Source of the DNA: Callorhinchus milii
Taxonomy: Eukaryota
Reading direction: 5' to 3'
Length of the DNA: 64,000 nt
Assembly: GCF_018977255.1 (NCBI RefSeq)
Contig: NW_024704742.1
Coordinates: 69,008,001 to 69,072,000 of the forward strand
The notes beneath the pieces are model-generated. The model did not search any database, was not told the DNA's origin, and was given only the letters and a program-made list of their open reading frames with translations. Position 1 is the stretch's first letter; each line of letters starts with the position of its first letter. Position numbers and translations under genes: made by a program. Below are positions 39,252 to 52,730 of the stretch, one piece after another.

Positions 39252-40085
39252 ACTTTATATGAAGTAAACACAGGAGAGTACAATTAATAATGTAAAGAAC
39301 GCCATCAACCAACAGGCAGCTCACTGGGCTGAACGGCCTGCTCCTGTTTTGATGTTGCTATGAATATATCTGAAATTGGGGCACCTTACAGGACGCCTTG
39401 TGATAAACAGTGAACTATAGCAGGAATCACACAGTCACGCTATGAAGGCCTCCGGCACTTCTCACTCAATAGGATGAAAGGACGGGTGAAAAATCGCTCT
39501 GGTCACTAACCCTGTCACATTCATTTACCAAACTGACTCAACTTGGGAGATAGAGAGACAGAGAGAAAGAGAGAGAGAGAGCAAGAGATTACTTCAATCA
39601 GGAAGGGGAGAGGGGAGGAGAAGGTCTATACACTCTGCTATTAAGCGATATCATTAAGAAGCGACACATTTAAATGAATTGTCCCCTTACAGTGCCTTGA
39701 GTATTGGTCTGACATCAAACTAATCACACTGAGGGTAGGCAGGGACATGTGAGGATTCTAGCACAGAACAACTGGGGAGCCGAGTGACCTTGTAGGTGTT
39801 ATTTCTAATTCTCTCATCTGCAGTAATTTACACAGCGCCTTGCTCTCCTAGAAAACATCCCAAGGTGCTGGATAGTCCCAGGTGTCACTAAGCTGGATGT
39901 GGCCACCGGGGGGATGGGAAGGGGAAGGTAACTGAAGGTGCGGTCAAATGGGTGGGGGCATGAATCGGGCTGTACCCATTGAGCGGAGGAAGTGGCCGGG
40001 TCGCTCTCCCATACCAAGCTCTGTGACCCAATCATCTCCATCCTCTCCCAGCTTCACATCTCCCAGAGGATTGAGTTTTAAGATC

Positions 40086-40470
40086 TCCGACCTACTATCC
40101 CCCTACCTACCTGCCCGTACCCTCCGTTCCTCTGGCTCCGGTCTGCTCCACATCCCCCGCCCCAACCGCCCTACCATCGGTGGCCGGGCCTTCAGCCTCT
40201 CAGCCCCGAGGCTCTGGAACTCTATCCCCCAGTGCCTTCGCCGCCTCCTCCCTTTCCTCCTTCAAGGCCGATCTCAAGACCTTTCTCTTTGACCGTGCCT
40301 TCAGCTCCCCTCTCGACTCTCTACCCTCTCCTTGCTCCCTCCCTTCCCTCCCCTCACCCTGACCATTTCCCCCCTGCTCGGGTCCTGACCCAACTGTACA
40401 GCGCCTTGGGACGTCCTCCCGACGTGAAAGGCGCTCTATAAATGGAATCTTGTTGTTGTTTTTGTTGTTG
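40086..40470 (+). mobile_element. Young L2 3' fragment inserted in an older L2 (40000-40812)
   Basis: TSD taagatc at 40079-40085 and 40471-40477; DLLSPYLPARTLRSSGSGLLHIP...GGRAFSLSAPRLWNSIP. Confidence 0.9.
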
Positions 40471-42124
40471 TAAGATCCTTGTCTTCTCTTTTAAAGCCCT
40501 CTATGGTCTTGTTCCACCCTACCTCTGTGACCTGCTAAATCCAGACCAACTTGTCCGCTTCCTTGCGCGGTGGACTCTGGTCTGCTCTATGTCTCCCGTC
40601 TTGCCTTCTCCACCATCAGCAGTCAGGTCTTCAGCCTTTCTGCCCCTGCCACCCACACCCCCCCCACCCCTGACCCGGGAGGCCCTCAAGACCATCTCAA
40701 GACCTTCCTCTTTGACCGTGCCTTCAGTCATCCTCCTATCTCCATTGCCCTCCACCCCTCTTGGTGGTCCTCCTGACGTGAAAGGCACGATATAAATACA
40801 ATTTGTTGTTGTTTGAGGAGATTGCAGAGGTAGGATGGGGCAAGATAACCGTCTTGGAGCATTGTTGTCATAGAGATAAGGGAGAGAGAGTCACAGAGAC
40901 AGAAAGAGACAGAAAGTTACCGGGACAGAGAGAGAAACTTAGTGAGCTGGAGAGAGAGTTAGATACCCTGCTCCTTCCTTCCTTCCTCTTTCCCTTCCCA
41001 TCTTTTAAGTGACTCGGGATGCCCTGCTGAGGTGAAAGGCGCTATACAAATCTAATTTCTAGTTCTTGTTTTAAAGCCTATATAAAGACCTTTCTTTTTG
41101 ACCACACTTTTGGCCATATCCTCACTCTCACTCCAACTCTCCTCACCTTGCCCCAACAACCAGCTCTGAGACATCCTCCTGACATGAAAGGCACTGTAAG
41201 AATGCAACCCGTTTGGGTTAGTGGTGAGTGTGTCAGGCGCCCGGCTGGCCAACACTAATAACAGTGTATTGATTGGATGCAGTGACTGCATTTACATCTC
41301 AGTGGCTTGAAAGCAGATTTATTCACAAGAGGAGCTCAAGCCATGAAGGTTTGTAAAGTTGGTTCTGATCAATATTTTGCGATGTTCTGCCCTTAGCAGC
41401 TGTGCAAAGCAATCCTTTCTCCTCAGCAAATGGCAACAGAAAATTGCCACCAGGTGCTTATGAATGGACACTGTCGGAGGCTTTAATCTCTGTCTCTTTC
41501 TCTCTCACTCTCTCATTCTTCTCTGCACAACATTGAAGGTCAGCCAGATCCCAACCTTAATCTCTCCGCCTCTATTGGCTTCTCCTTCATGCATGCATCA
41601 AGTTTCCTCTTAATAAGTTGCTGCTTTCTGCTTCAATCACAGCTTACAGTAGTAAGGTCCATACTCTCATCACCCTCTGTGTGAAGACGTTTCTCCTAAA
41701 CTCCCTATTAGCTTTAAGATGTCCTCCTGACATAAAAGGCACTTGCACGGATTATTATGATTACTGAATAAAGAGACGATAATGTAACCCATCAGCAACA
41801 GCTCAATGCTGCGCTAGGAAGACAGTAGGGCAGGAATTCTGGAAGGATGAGATGGAATAGGCATGTTAGCTGAACCTCTCTTGTGATCTTGTAATATTAG
41901 GCCTGTGTTTGGAGATAGTGTTGAAACAAGAGACTCATCAGCAGAATGACTCTAACCTTAGGAATTAACGCAGCCAATCTATGTAGTAAGTGAAGTTAAT
42001 TACTGGAACGTATAATTACCATCTTACTGATTATAGCAAAGAAACAAAAAACTAAAGCTCTCAATTGTTTACTAATGACTCTATGTTAATTCTCACAAGG
42101 AAGGAAAAAAATCATCTCAAGTGT

Positions 42125-42615
42125 AATAATAATGATAATCCAAGTGTTTTATCATGTCATCAAGTCGTCTCAAAGTACTTCACAGGATATACTGAGAAGC
42201 GCTCCAGGACACTATGCTAGATGAAGGGCACTATATAAATGCAAGTTGTTGTTGTTGTACTGTGAAGTGTGAGACTGTGTGTTTTGTAGCTAAACGCAAC
42301 AGCCAATTTGCACGTAGCAATGTCCCACAAATAGTCATGGAGTTAGTGACCAATTTTATTGGGGGGATTGTTGGCCAGGATACCGGGAGAGCGAACCTCC
42401 CTTCTCTTTTCAAATAGTGTCAGGTTCTTTGAACAGGCAGCCAGGGCCTCAGTTTATTGTCTCATCCAATGGACGGCACCTCCGATAATGCAACACACCC
42501 CCAGCGCTGCATTGGAGTGTCAGATTAGACTGTGTGATTCCGTCCTGACGTGGGGCTTGAACCAACAACCTACTAACTCAGAGGCAAGTGTGCACCAACT
42601 GAGCCAGTCTGATAC
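42125..42615 (-). mobile_element. Old DeuSINE with a ~60-bp L2 tail inserted at 42195-42257 (TSD tactg)
   Basis: tactg at 42190-42194 and 42258-42262 flanks ...gcactatataaatgcaagttgttgttgttg. Confidence 0.8.
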
Positions 42616-43239
42616 GTACACTGTAAGTCCACAGGGTGGCCTAACATTTTGGTTGCTGAGGGCCAGATGCCCTATTTGAGAAACATCTGGGGAGTGTCAC
42701 ATAAGCAATATATTTGTTTCCCTTCCAGTAACGTAACATTTATGGGTTATGGAGGGAGCAGGTGGGCCAGATGACATGGAAGGATATGGGGGGGGAATGA
42801 AATCAGCCCGCATTCCGCCAGTTGGAGCACGCTGATGTAAGCAATACTCCCCAGGCGAATGAACGATACTAAGAGGTTTCACCTGGAACCACGCTGGGGA
42901 GTAACAGAGAGGATTGGTTAACCACGACTTAGGACCTGGATCATCGGGTTCAATTCCACTCTGATTAATCGTTTAATCTCGATTGAAGAGATAATTTTAT
43001 CAGCAACAATACAGGTTGGCGCTCTAATCGCTGGCTGACCATTTGCTAATTGGGTTTAAATTGTGTAATTTTAGTAACTAATTAATGAGAAGAATCCTCA
43101 TTAGATTTCTGGGCTGCAAGGATGTGCATCAACCCCAGGCTAATGCTTGGAACAATGTTTCACAACTTAATATCAACTATGGGCAGAGAGCATGGGATCT
43201 GTAGTTATTGACTGTAACTCCCTCTCACTGTGGATATGG

Positions 43240-43450
43240 ATCTGTGTGTGTGTGCACGCATGCAATCACACAGACACACCACACAAGTACACAGACAGCT
43301 GGAGAGGCAGAGAGAAAGTCTCTCTCTCACACACACACACACACATATGTACATCCGCTGATAGCCAGAGCACCCGAGAGAGTCTCCTACATACACACAC
43401 ACTCACACAAATACACAGGTGTGGTGTGTGAAAGAGAGTCTTTCTCTTTC
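43240..43450. repeat. Mixed (GT)/(CA)/(CT) microsatellite region
   Basis: Dinucleotide arrays. Confidence 0.8.
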
Positions 43451-44244
43451 TGCCTATCACACAAATCCCCGCCCCTGTTCTCTGAAACTCCATCCGGAGC
43501 CCATTCAACTTGTTGCCTCCCTGAACATATTGAAAGCCTGCCTCAAGCCTTTGACCGTGCTTTCAGCCATCTTTCTCCTCACTCGGGCTTGGTTGCCCAG
43601 TCAGCAGTGTAAAGCATCCTGTGATATTGTGTTGCATGTTCAGACATGACGCTTTAAAACTGACGCTGGTGAGTGGTAGGTGTTATAAACACCAGGGAGT
43701 TCGATGCTCAATATGAAAACCGGGTTGTGAAAAATGATCCTATCAGTTTGCTTGGGGTAATGGGATTAGACTCAACGCATTTGTCCTGATTGTTACTGGC
43801 AGGAATGAGAGAAAATTTACATTTAAACAGAGGCCATTAATGTACCCACATCACTCTGCTCTCCTGCCTTTCACACACACACATTTTTGATACTTTAATA
43901 AGCACTGGATGGAAATTAATTGTGCATTGACTCTTTCCCCGTCAACGTCAAAAACCAAGAGCAGCCCTTGTTTTATAATGAATCACTCAAGTGGGGTGAG
44001 AAAAGGGAAGAGTGAGAGAGTGTCCTTTCAAAGCTAAAACTCTTCCTACAGTTTAGAAAAGTCAAGTGAATAGAAATTCTATCTGGGTTTATTATTATAA
44101 ATAATCCTTGAGTTTGGTATAGTGCCTTATCACGTCATCAAATCTCCTCAAAGCATTTCACAGGATATACTGTAAAGTGAATTAACTGTGTGTTTTGTGT
44201 AGTAAAATGTGGCAGTCAATTGTGCACAGTTATGTTCCACAAAC

Positions 44245-44913
44245 ATCGCTGACAGCATCACCCTTCATGGATGCACTCCACACCTCACAGAGTTAATACA
44301 AAACCTTGGCGTCCTGTTTGACCCTCAACTGTCCTTCATTCCCCCACATCTGTGCCATGACCCACTCTGTATTTGCCCATCTCTGCAACATTGCCTGGGT
44401 CCACCACTGTCTCACACCGCAGGCCGCTGAGAATCTCATTCACACATTCATCCAGCCTTGACGATGCAAACTCCGTGCTGGTCGGCCTCCCTAACTCCTC
44501 CCCCCACAGGCTGCAGGTCATCCAGAACTCTGCAGCCCGTGTCCTCTCCTGCACCAGGCTCCGTGACCCTATCACCCCCATCCTCGCCCGACTCCACTGG
44601 CTTCCTTCCTGTCACTCAGCGGGCTCCGGCGTGCTTCACGTTCCCCACCTCACCCTCTCCACCATTGGCAGGCAAGACTTCAGCTTCTCTAACCCCAACC
44701 TCTGGAACTCCATCCCACAGACTCTCCACCTCGACCCCTCCCTTACCTCCTTCAAGACCTGTCTCAAGACCCTCCTCTTCAACCGTGCCTTTGGTCACCC
44801 TCCTTGCCCTCCACCTCTCCTGATCCCAACCACCAGCTTGAGTGCGGATCTCTGACTGTCCAGCACCTCCTGAAGTGAAAGGCACTATAGATATGTAATT
44901 TGTTGTTGTTGTT
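44245..44913 (+). mobile_element. 5'-truncated L2 LINE
   Basis: [52 protein letters not shown]; (TTG)n tail. Confidence 0.9.
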
Positions 44914-45029
44914 GTGAAGTGAGTGATTGATTTGTGGAGCCCCTTAATTTTGGGAGCTAGTTTCTTTTTAAGAGCTGTGGGGAAACAAAAGCCTTCCAAA
45001 TTAAGACTGGATTGGACAATTTCCCACGG

Positions 45030-46073
45030 TGTGCACCATTCTCGAATTGGCAGGATGTAACTAGTGGACTGTCACAGGGATCAGTGCTTGGGCCTCAGCT
45101 ATTTACCATTTACATCAATGATCTGGACGAGGACATTGAATGTAATGTGTCTAAATTCGCGGATGATACTAAACTAGGTAGCAGAGTGAGCTCTCAGGAT
45201 GATGCAAAAAGATTGCAACAAGATACAGATAGGCTACGGGAGTGGGCGAGTAGGTGGCAGATGGAATTCAATGTTAGCAAGTGTGAAATTATTCACCTAG
45301 GTAGCAAGAATAAAAGAACAGATTATTTTCTGGAAGGGAAGAAGTTAAATAGTGTTAGTATTCAAAGGGATTTGGGTGTCCTTGTACACCAGTCCCAAAA
45401 AGTTAGTTTGCAGGTGCAGTAAGCAACTAACGTTCATTGCAAAAGGTTTAGAATACAAGAGTAGGGAAGTCTTGCTGCAACTGTATAGGGCCTTGGTGAG
45501 ACCGCACCTAGAGTATTGTGTGCAGTTTTGGTCTCCTTATTTAAAAAAGGACATACTTGCCCTAGAGGGGGTGCAGCGTAGATTCACTCGGTTAGTTCCT
45601 GGGATGAGGGGACTGACCTATGAGGATAGGCTGAATAAACTAGGGCTGTATTCTCTAGACTACAGAAGAATTAGGGGAGATCTTATTGAAACTTATGAGA
45701 TTCTTAAAGGGCTGGATAGAGTAGACACAGAGGGACTGTTTCCCCTGGTAGGAGAATCTAAAACCAGGGATCACAGTCTTAAAATTAAGGGTCAGCCTCT
45801 TGGAACAGAGTTGAGGAAACATTTCTTCACTCAGAGGATAGTGAACTTATGGAATTCACTACCCCAGAAGGCTGTAGATGCTTCAGTCCTTGAACATTTT
45901 CAAGGCTGAGACTGATAGATTCTTGAAAAATAGAGGGATTAGGGGATATGGGGATAGGGCAGGTAATCAGAGTTAAGTGAGAAGATCAGACATGATCTTA
46001 TTGAATGGCGGACCAGGCACGAAGGGCCGAATGGCCTACTCCTGCTCCTAATTCTTATGTTCTTATGTTCTTA
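45030..46073 (+). mobile_element. 5'-truncated CR1 LINE (RT C-terminal half plus 3'UTR)
   Basis: VTSGLSQGSVLGPQLFTIYINDLD...SKFADDTKL; LVRPHLEYCVQFWSP; stop and small deletion near 45420; (ttcttatg)n tail. Confidence 0.96.
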
Positions 46074-46569
46074 TCTTCAACTTAAGACAAAATATGGACT
46101 AAGATTGGTTGGAATGTGAAGGCCTCTATACCTCAGTCTTGCAATTTCTCCACTCTTCTGTTGCCATTATAATAATAATTAGCATTGCATTTGATGTAGC
46201 ATGGTCGATGGGTCTTGAAGTACTTCACGGGATTTTACCTTAAAGTGTAGTGACTATGCATTTGTAGGTGACTATGATAACCAATTTGCACAAAGCAATG
46301 TCCCGCAAACAGCCATGGAGAGAATGACTAATTTTATCTGGGGGGTTGTTGATCACCACATCAGGAGAGAGAAACTCCCTTCTCTTTTCAAGTAGCGCCA
46401 TGTGAACAGGTATAGAAGGCCTCAGTTTAATGTTGGATATGAAGGAGGCTCCTCCAACAATGCAGCACGCCCCAGTGCTTTATTCATCTCTAAGTGATAA
46501 GGGCATTCATCAAATGCCAGTTATTATTAAAAGCAAACCTTTATAAAACTGTAACAATTATTTTTAATA

Positions 46570-46905
46570 TAATAATAATCTTTCCACTTAACATAGCACC
46601 TTATCACGTCTTCGAGACGTCTCAAAGCACTTCACAGAATATACGGTGAAGTGAATTGACTGTATATTTTGTGAGCGAAACACAGAAGCTAATTGCGCAC
46701 AGCAGTTGGATTGAGTGACCACATTTTTTTTTGAAGTGATTATTACCGCTGCAAAAGCGATCCGCAAATCGACTAACAATCGGGTTACTACTTGCTGCTG
46801 GGTAAGCAGAAGCTTGTGGAGTAAGGAAACATGCCCAACGCTTCGCCCTGCCTGTGAATCGAACCCAGGTCTTCTTACATGGAGTGCTCTAATCACTGAG
46901 ACAGA
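46570..46905 (-). mobile_element. tRNA-Ala-headed SINE, long body
   Basis: Tail, body and head motifs. Confidence 0.8.
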
Positions 46906-47709
46906 GCATAAAACATTTTCGTTAAATTCAGGCAACGATGTTCCAGCAAAGATGTTATTGCTTTTCAGTTGTTCCTTGATTCCAGTAATTGTGGTAAAGT
47001 GCCTCGATGTATGACTGTCATTTACTCAATTCTTGGTCTGTCAGCGATGGCAAAAACTATTTAATGTTACCCATTAAGCTTTTACTGGTCACAATTGATG
47101 GGCTTTTTGTGTGCTGGAGACGAACGCCCAAAATAACCCAAAAATCATCTTTCCAGGGATTGAGCTAAATACCTTTGACATAAGACAGTTCATGTCCCAA
47201 AGCGTATGACACTTGATACAGAGATAGACAGAAGGTCAGAGGGACAGGCAGACGGACACACAGAGGCAAACAGAGACATTTGTGAATATACCTAAAGACA
47301 CGGGGCTTTTGAATTGAAAATATGCCTGCATACATAATGTACAAGTGCGAAAAGAAATGTTAAAAGCTCATTGATAAAGTGATGGCTGACATGCCTTTTA
47401 ATGGAATAGATGCCAGCAGGAGATAAACACAAGGGGTTTGTCTGACCAACAGCGCCACCTGTGAAAAGAAAACACAAATACACAATCATTCCATTTCACA
47501 GTAAATTCTGTGAAGTGCTTTAAGACATCCTTCTGATGTGATAAGGCACTACATCAAATGCAAGGATTATTATTACTACAAATAGTCAGGCATCGATTGA
47601 TCAATTTTATCTGTGAAATTATTGACCAGGACACTGGGAGAAACTTTTATCACTTTTTCAAATTGTGGTATAGGATCTGTAATGTCCACCTGAACAGGCA
47701 GCTATTTTA

Positions 47710-47955
47710 GCTGATAAACTCCACTGTTACCCTCAACGCACACTCTGGAGCCCCCGAGCCTTGGCTCTTGCCAACCTGAATTTAATACCCCCAGAATTAA
47801 GTAAGCATCCCTCCAGGGAGAGAGTTTGCATTCCATTCCAATATATGGGAATTTCCATGTGTAAGTGGGATGCATGGAATTCTCAGACTGGTTTGGATAC
47901 TGTTAAGCATAGTGATGGGTTTCCACATGTGTCAGACACCCGGCTGATCCAGAGC
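47710..47955 (+). repeat. Copy of the unassigned old dispersed repeat family
   Basis: Shares caacgcacactctgg...gccttggctctt...ccagggagagag...ggatgcatggaattctcag...gacacccggctgatc with 19290-19560. Confidence 0.75.
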
Positions 47956-49626
47956 ATTCCCATCCGCACGTATGGCAGCAAACCACACTGTGAAAACTGT
48001 AGGGATCTGATGCTTATAATCGACTTCCTGGTGTCAGACAGTAGTTATAAGGCAGTGAGGCTTAATTCACAATTAAAAGTGTGGCATGAACCTATCATGC
48101 ATAAACACTCTGAGATGCTACCCTGCATGGAGGGCGCTATATACGTGCAAGTTGTCGTTGCATCATGAACAATCATTGCCAGGTGGCCGGTCTTTGTAAT
48201 TAGCACTGAGTTGCCCTCATTCCTGCCATAGCTCTGCTGAAATTGCTCCGAAATATTGCCCGCCTCCTCCACTACCTCTCCCCTCGAGATCCTCATCCAT
48301 GCTTTTGTCATATCTAGGTTTCACTACACCAACACTTTGCTTGACAGACTCCCCGGCTCCTTCATGCAGAAGTTGCAGGCTATCCAGAATTCTGCAGCTC
48401 ATGTCCTCTCCCACACTTGTCTCCAGTGAGTGCATTACCTGCTCATTCCATGTATCTAACCCCGGACCTGTGGGTTCAAGCCCACACATTGAGACTTTGA
48501 GCTCACAATCGAGGATGATGCTCCAGTACAGGTCTGAGGAAGGGCTGCATTTTCATAGATGTCGTCCTTCAGATGAGACGTTAAAACAAATTCCCATCTG
48601 TTCTTGTCCAGGTTTACGTTAATGATCCTGTGACACTATTCAAAAAGAAAATGGAATTTCTTCCAGATCAAATCAGTTATTCACTTCATAGCCACGTGTA
48701 GGGGCCGTTGCTGTGTGCAAATTGAGGCTGTGTTCGCCTACAAAAATACACTCGCTCCACTTCACAGTAACATCTTGTGAATCACTGCGTGAAGTCTTGA
48801 CAATGTGATAAGGAGCCGTGTCAATCTGCAAGATTATTATTATAACATCTGATACGAAGATGGATGGCACCTCCTACAATGCAGCAGTCCCCCAGCACTG
48901 CACTGACACATTAGCGTGGACTAACATGGGTCTTGAACAGTCATATCGCGTAGTGGTTACCAAGCTCGCCTCGCAAGTGAAAGGACTTGGGTTTGATTCC
49001 TGGGCAGGATGAAACCTTAGACAAGTTTTCTTACTCCACGTGCCTCTACAGTAATTAGGAACCCGGGTGTTAGTCGATTGCTGGATCACATTTTCTAAGG
49101 GCAATAATCCCTTCAAAAAAATATTTGGTGACTCATTTCACTGCTGTGTTTTGTCCACAATATGAAGCGCTTTGAGACATGATAAGGTGATATATCAAAT
49201 TCAAGGATTATTATTATTATATTATTATCACTCTGACTTCGAGATGAAACAATCACACCTCTGTCCAGAGTCTATAAGAACATAAGAATTTGCTGGACAA
49301 AAGAAGACCACGGTCCATCCAGTTCGCCTTCCACCATCCCGGCAGTCGCTTGTCATTTCCCAAACTATATACTGTATTCCAAGAAATGATTTCCTAAAAG
49401 AAATCTATCTAGTTTGCATTAACTTACTCATCTAACTATATTCCTTATCAAACTTGCATAACTAACTCATTTGCTTTCCATTGTAGGAAAGTGCACACAG
49501 TGGAACACACAGACTATTTCAATCAATGAGGTGGAAGTTGTTCCTGAGGATAGTAACAGCTCTCTTGTCCTTACAGCAACCCCAAATGCTCTTCCTTCCA
49601 GCCTAATCTAATGATATTTAAAAGCT

Positions 49627-50050
49627 GTCAGCTTGGCTCAGTTGGTAGCACACTCGCCTCTGGGGTAGAGCCATGTGGTGTGAGCCCCACGTGGGGGATG
49701 TAAGCTGCTGTTACTCTGGCCTGACACTGCACTGCAGAGCTGTTGCTCCATCTTTCAGATGAGACATTAATCTGAGGTCCCATTTGTACCTGTTCAGCTG
49801 GGTGTTAAAAATCCTGCGGCACTGTTCAAACTGTGAAGTGAGTTTCTCCTTGTATTCTGACTAACATTTCCTCAAATAAAAAATGTAATTCACCTCGAGA
49901 GCTTTCTGGAACAATGCTGTGCGCAAATCGGCTGTTATGTTTGTTTGCAAATAGGCCTTCTCTGTGCTTCATAGTAACAGCCTGTGAAGCGAATTGAGAT
50001 GCTTTTCATGACGTGATAAGGCACTGTATCCAACGCAAGGAATATTATTG
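49627..50050 (+). mobile_element. Full-length old SacSINE1-like DeuSINE
   Basis: gtcagcttggctcagttggtagcacactcgcctctg head, cagatgagacattaa core, gtgataaggcactgtatc tail. Confidence 0.82.
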
Positions 50051-50587
50051 ACAAGGTGCGATAAGGATGGTCCTGAGTGTTATACAGTCATGGAATGTTA
50101 CACACAGTCACAGTGTTACTCACAGACATCCCTCTGTCCAAATAGTGTATGAGGGAGAGATAGTGAGGAGAGAGAGAGAGAGAACGAGATGGTGAGGTAG
50201 AGAGGCAAAAAATTCATATCAGAGAAATTCTTGGTGACAGAATTAAATCCGACCTTAGAGCCAACAAGAATTGCCAGAAGGGGATCATTAAGGAGATGAA
50301 CTGTGGACGTGCGGATGGATGAGCACACTGATAAGTCAACGTGGGGAGTCTCCAAGGAGAAAGGGAGAGGGCTAAGAATCTTTGATGCATCTTATTTCTC
50401 TTTTTTTGGACAAAGTGGAGGGGATGGAGGGGAATGGGTGGTGTGGGTGGGGGTTGGAAATATTGAGCTGAAGGTGAAATAGACCACATAGGTTGCCTTG
50501 AATTGCTGCTCAGAATTAAATTCGGATTTCACAAGGGTGTAATTAAGTAAGGCTGGTTTCTGGGTTCGGGTGAATGATACCCAGTCA

Positions 50588-51218
50588 ATAATAATCCTTG
50601 CATTTGAAATAGTGCCTCATCACGTTGTTGAAACTTCTCAAAGCAGTTCACAGACTATACTGTAAAGTGAATTGACTGTGTATTTTGTGGGCGAACTGTG
50701 GCAGCCAATTGAAGGGATTATTACCCCAGAAAGAGTCTGCCAATTGACTAATAACCAGGTTCCTACTTACTGCTAGGTTAACAGAGGGGTATGGAGTAAA
50801 GAACCTTGCCTACTGCTTCGTCCTGCCTGAGACCTCTTGCTTGCGAGGCGAGTGCTCTAACCACTACAGGATTCCACAATAATCACTTAGAGAAACACTG
50901 TACTTTGGGGAATCCTGTAGCTCAGTGGTTAGAGCACGCGCCTCGCAAGCGAGAGACCTGGGTTCGATTCCTGGAAGGGCAAAACTTTGGGCAAGTTTCC
51001 TTACTCCACACATCTGATAATAAACCCTCAAGAAAAAAAAAAAATACTAATTTGGTCACTCAATCCACGCTGTTTGTGGGACACTGCTGTGCGCAATTGG
51101 CTGCCACGTTTCGCCCACAAATATACAGTCAATTCACTTTACAGTACATTCTGTGATGCGCTTTGAGACGTCTAGAAGATGTGAAAAGCTCTGTATCAAA
51201 TGCAAGCATTATTATCAT
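50588..51218. mobile_element. Head-to-head SINE pair (50588-50875 minus; 50909-51218 plus)
   Basis: Two tRNA-like heads ~33 bp apart, facing away from each other. Confidence 0.87.
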
Positions 51219-51365
51219 TTACTTATTATTACTTGCCGAAAGCAGCCAAACGAGTGGAAGAGACGGGGGGGGGGGGGGAGTTAGATGATGAGGCATTCTT
51301 CATCGTCCTGTAAAGTGGAAACCCAATATACAAACAGCTAAAATTAGAAGACAATTTTAAATGTA

Positions 51366-51371
51366 TTTATT
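51366..51371 (-). terminator. SUCLG1: Polyadenylation signal AATAAA of SUCLG1 (3'UTR ~200 nt)
   Basis: tttatt on + strand, 190 nt past the stop codon, in repeat-free sequence. Confidence 0.7.
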
Positions 51372-51561
51372 TTCTCTGTGAGTTCCTTTGTCTATTGTAC
51401 AAATCCGAACAAAACACAATACGTCTATGGCTTAGTTGTTAGATGTGCTTTCTTCACTCATTTCATTCAGAGAAGTGAATAGTAAGACAGACGAACGAGC
51501 AGGGCTGACTCGGTGACGGGACTTTCAGACGTTTTTTTTTGGTGCCTTTCCTGCGGGAGGA

Positions 51562-51588
51562 TCACAGCATCTTCCTCTTTTCAAACTC
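51562..51588 (-). CDS. SUCLG1: SUCLG1 terminal exon, coding part (EFEKRKML*)
   Basis: ctctcttctctctgcag|GAG TTT GAA AAG AGG AAG ATG CTG TGA. Strong polypyrimidine acceptor; matches the vertebrate SUCLG1 C-terminus. Confidence 0.96.
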   Translation of the reverse strand, partial: EFEKRKML

Positions 51589-51641
51589 CTGCAGAGAGAA
51601 GAGAGTTCAGCTCAGTCTAACTCAGACCCAATGGCCTTCAA

Positions 51642-52095
51642 ACAACAACAAATTACATGTGTAAAGTGCTTTTCACGTCGGGAGGACGTCCTAAGTCTCT
51701 AGACAATTAGATTTGGATTTAAGCAGGGGGATGGGATCAGGAGGGGTGGAGGCAGGGAGGGTGGGGGAAGGAGGGTGACCAAAAGGCAGTCGAAGAGGAG
51801 GGTCTTGAGACGGGCTTTGAAGGAGGCATAGGAGGGAGCGAGGCGAAGAGACTGTGGGATGGACCTAAGGAGGTCCTACCACAGTTGATGGGCTGTGCGA
51901 GGGACATGGAGCAGGCCTGAGTCTGTTGATCGGAGGGAGCAGACAGGTCTATGAGGTAATGGGTCACAGAGGTAGGAAGGAGCAAGTCTGTGGAGGGCTT
52001 TGAAGGCAAGGACGAGGATTTTGAACTCTATCTTTTGGAGGATGGGGAACCTGTGGAGCCGGGCGAAGGTGGGGATGATAGGGTGACAGCCCTGC
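51642..52095 (-). mobile_element. L2 3' fragment in the last SUCLG1 intron
   Basis: FARLHRFPILQKIEFKILVLAFKALHRLAPSYLCD; (CAA) tail ~50 bp from the exon acceptor. Confidence 0.85.
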
Positions 52096-52344
52096 AATGA
52101 CTGCTAAACTGTTTGTCCAGAAATGCACTCGCCACAACAATAATCTTATATCTATACAGCGCCTTTCACATCAGGAGTTCATCTTAAAGCACTTCACAGA
52201 GTAGACAGTGGACAGAGCTGGTGGTGGCGAGACAAGGAAGGAGGGAGTGGAGGGTGAAGGTCATTTTTTTTGGTCAGCGGGTGTCCCACGAAAACCCGTC
52301 GGCAAACTTAGTAGTATCCAAACCAGACAGAGTTCTACATTTAT

Positions 52345-52730
52345 ATCCTCATTTGATTCCTTGGTTCAAATCCATTCACTCCCTGGCACCTCCCTACTTC
52401 TCGGATCTCCTCACTCCCCAATCCACCACCCGGCGTCTCTGCTCAACTGGCACCGGCCTCCTGCTTGTCCCTCGCACCCTCCGCCCCACTACTGGAGGTC
52501 GTGCTGTTAGCCACTACGCTCCAAAACTCTGGAACACTCTCCCTCAATCCCTCTGCCTTGCCCCATCTCTCCCCTCTTTCAAGTCCCGCCTGAAAACTTT
52601 CCTTTTCAACCGTGCTTATGGCCACCTCCGCCCCGACACCCCAGCTCGAAGTCAGGCTCTGCCACTGTTAAGCGCTCTGAGACGCTACCCTGCCTGGAGG
52701 GCGCTATTTAAGTGCAAGTTGTTGTTGTTG
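52345..52730 (+). mobile_element. L2 3' fragment
   Basis: FKSIHSLAPPYFSDLL...GGRAVSHYAPKLWNTLP...FKSRLKTFLF; (TTG)n tail. Confidence 0.88.

Noticed and set aside
42632..42890. Second hAT MITE starting cagggtggcctaac
   Set aside because: The left end resembles 1394, but I cannot find a convincing right TIR or TSD
45012..45909. Functional reverse transcriptase gene
   Set aside because: 5'-truncated CR1 with an internal stop/deletion; no endonuclease or ORF1
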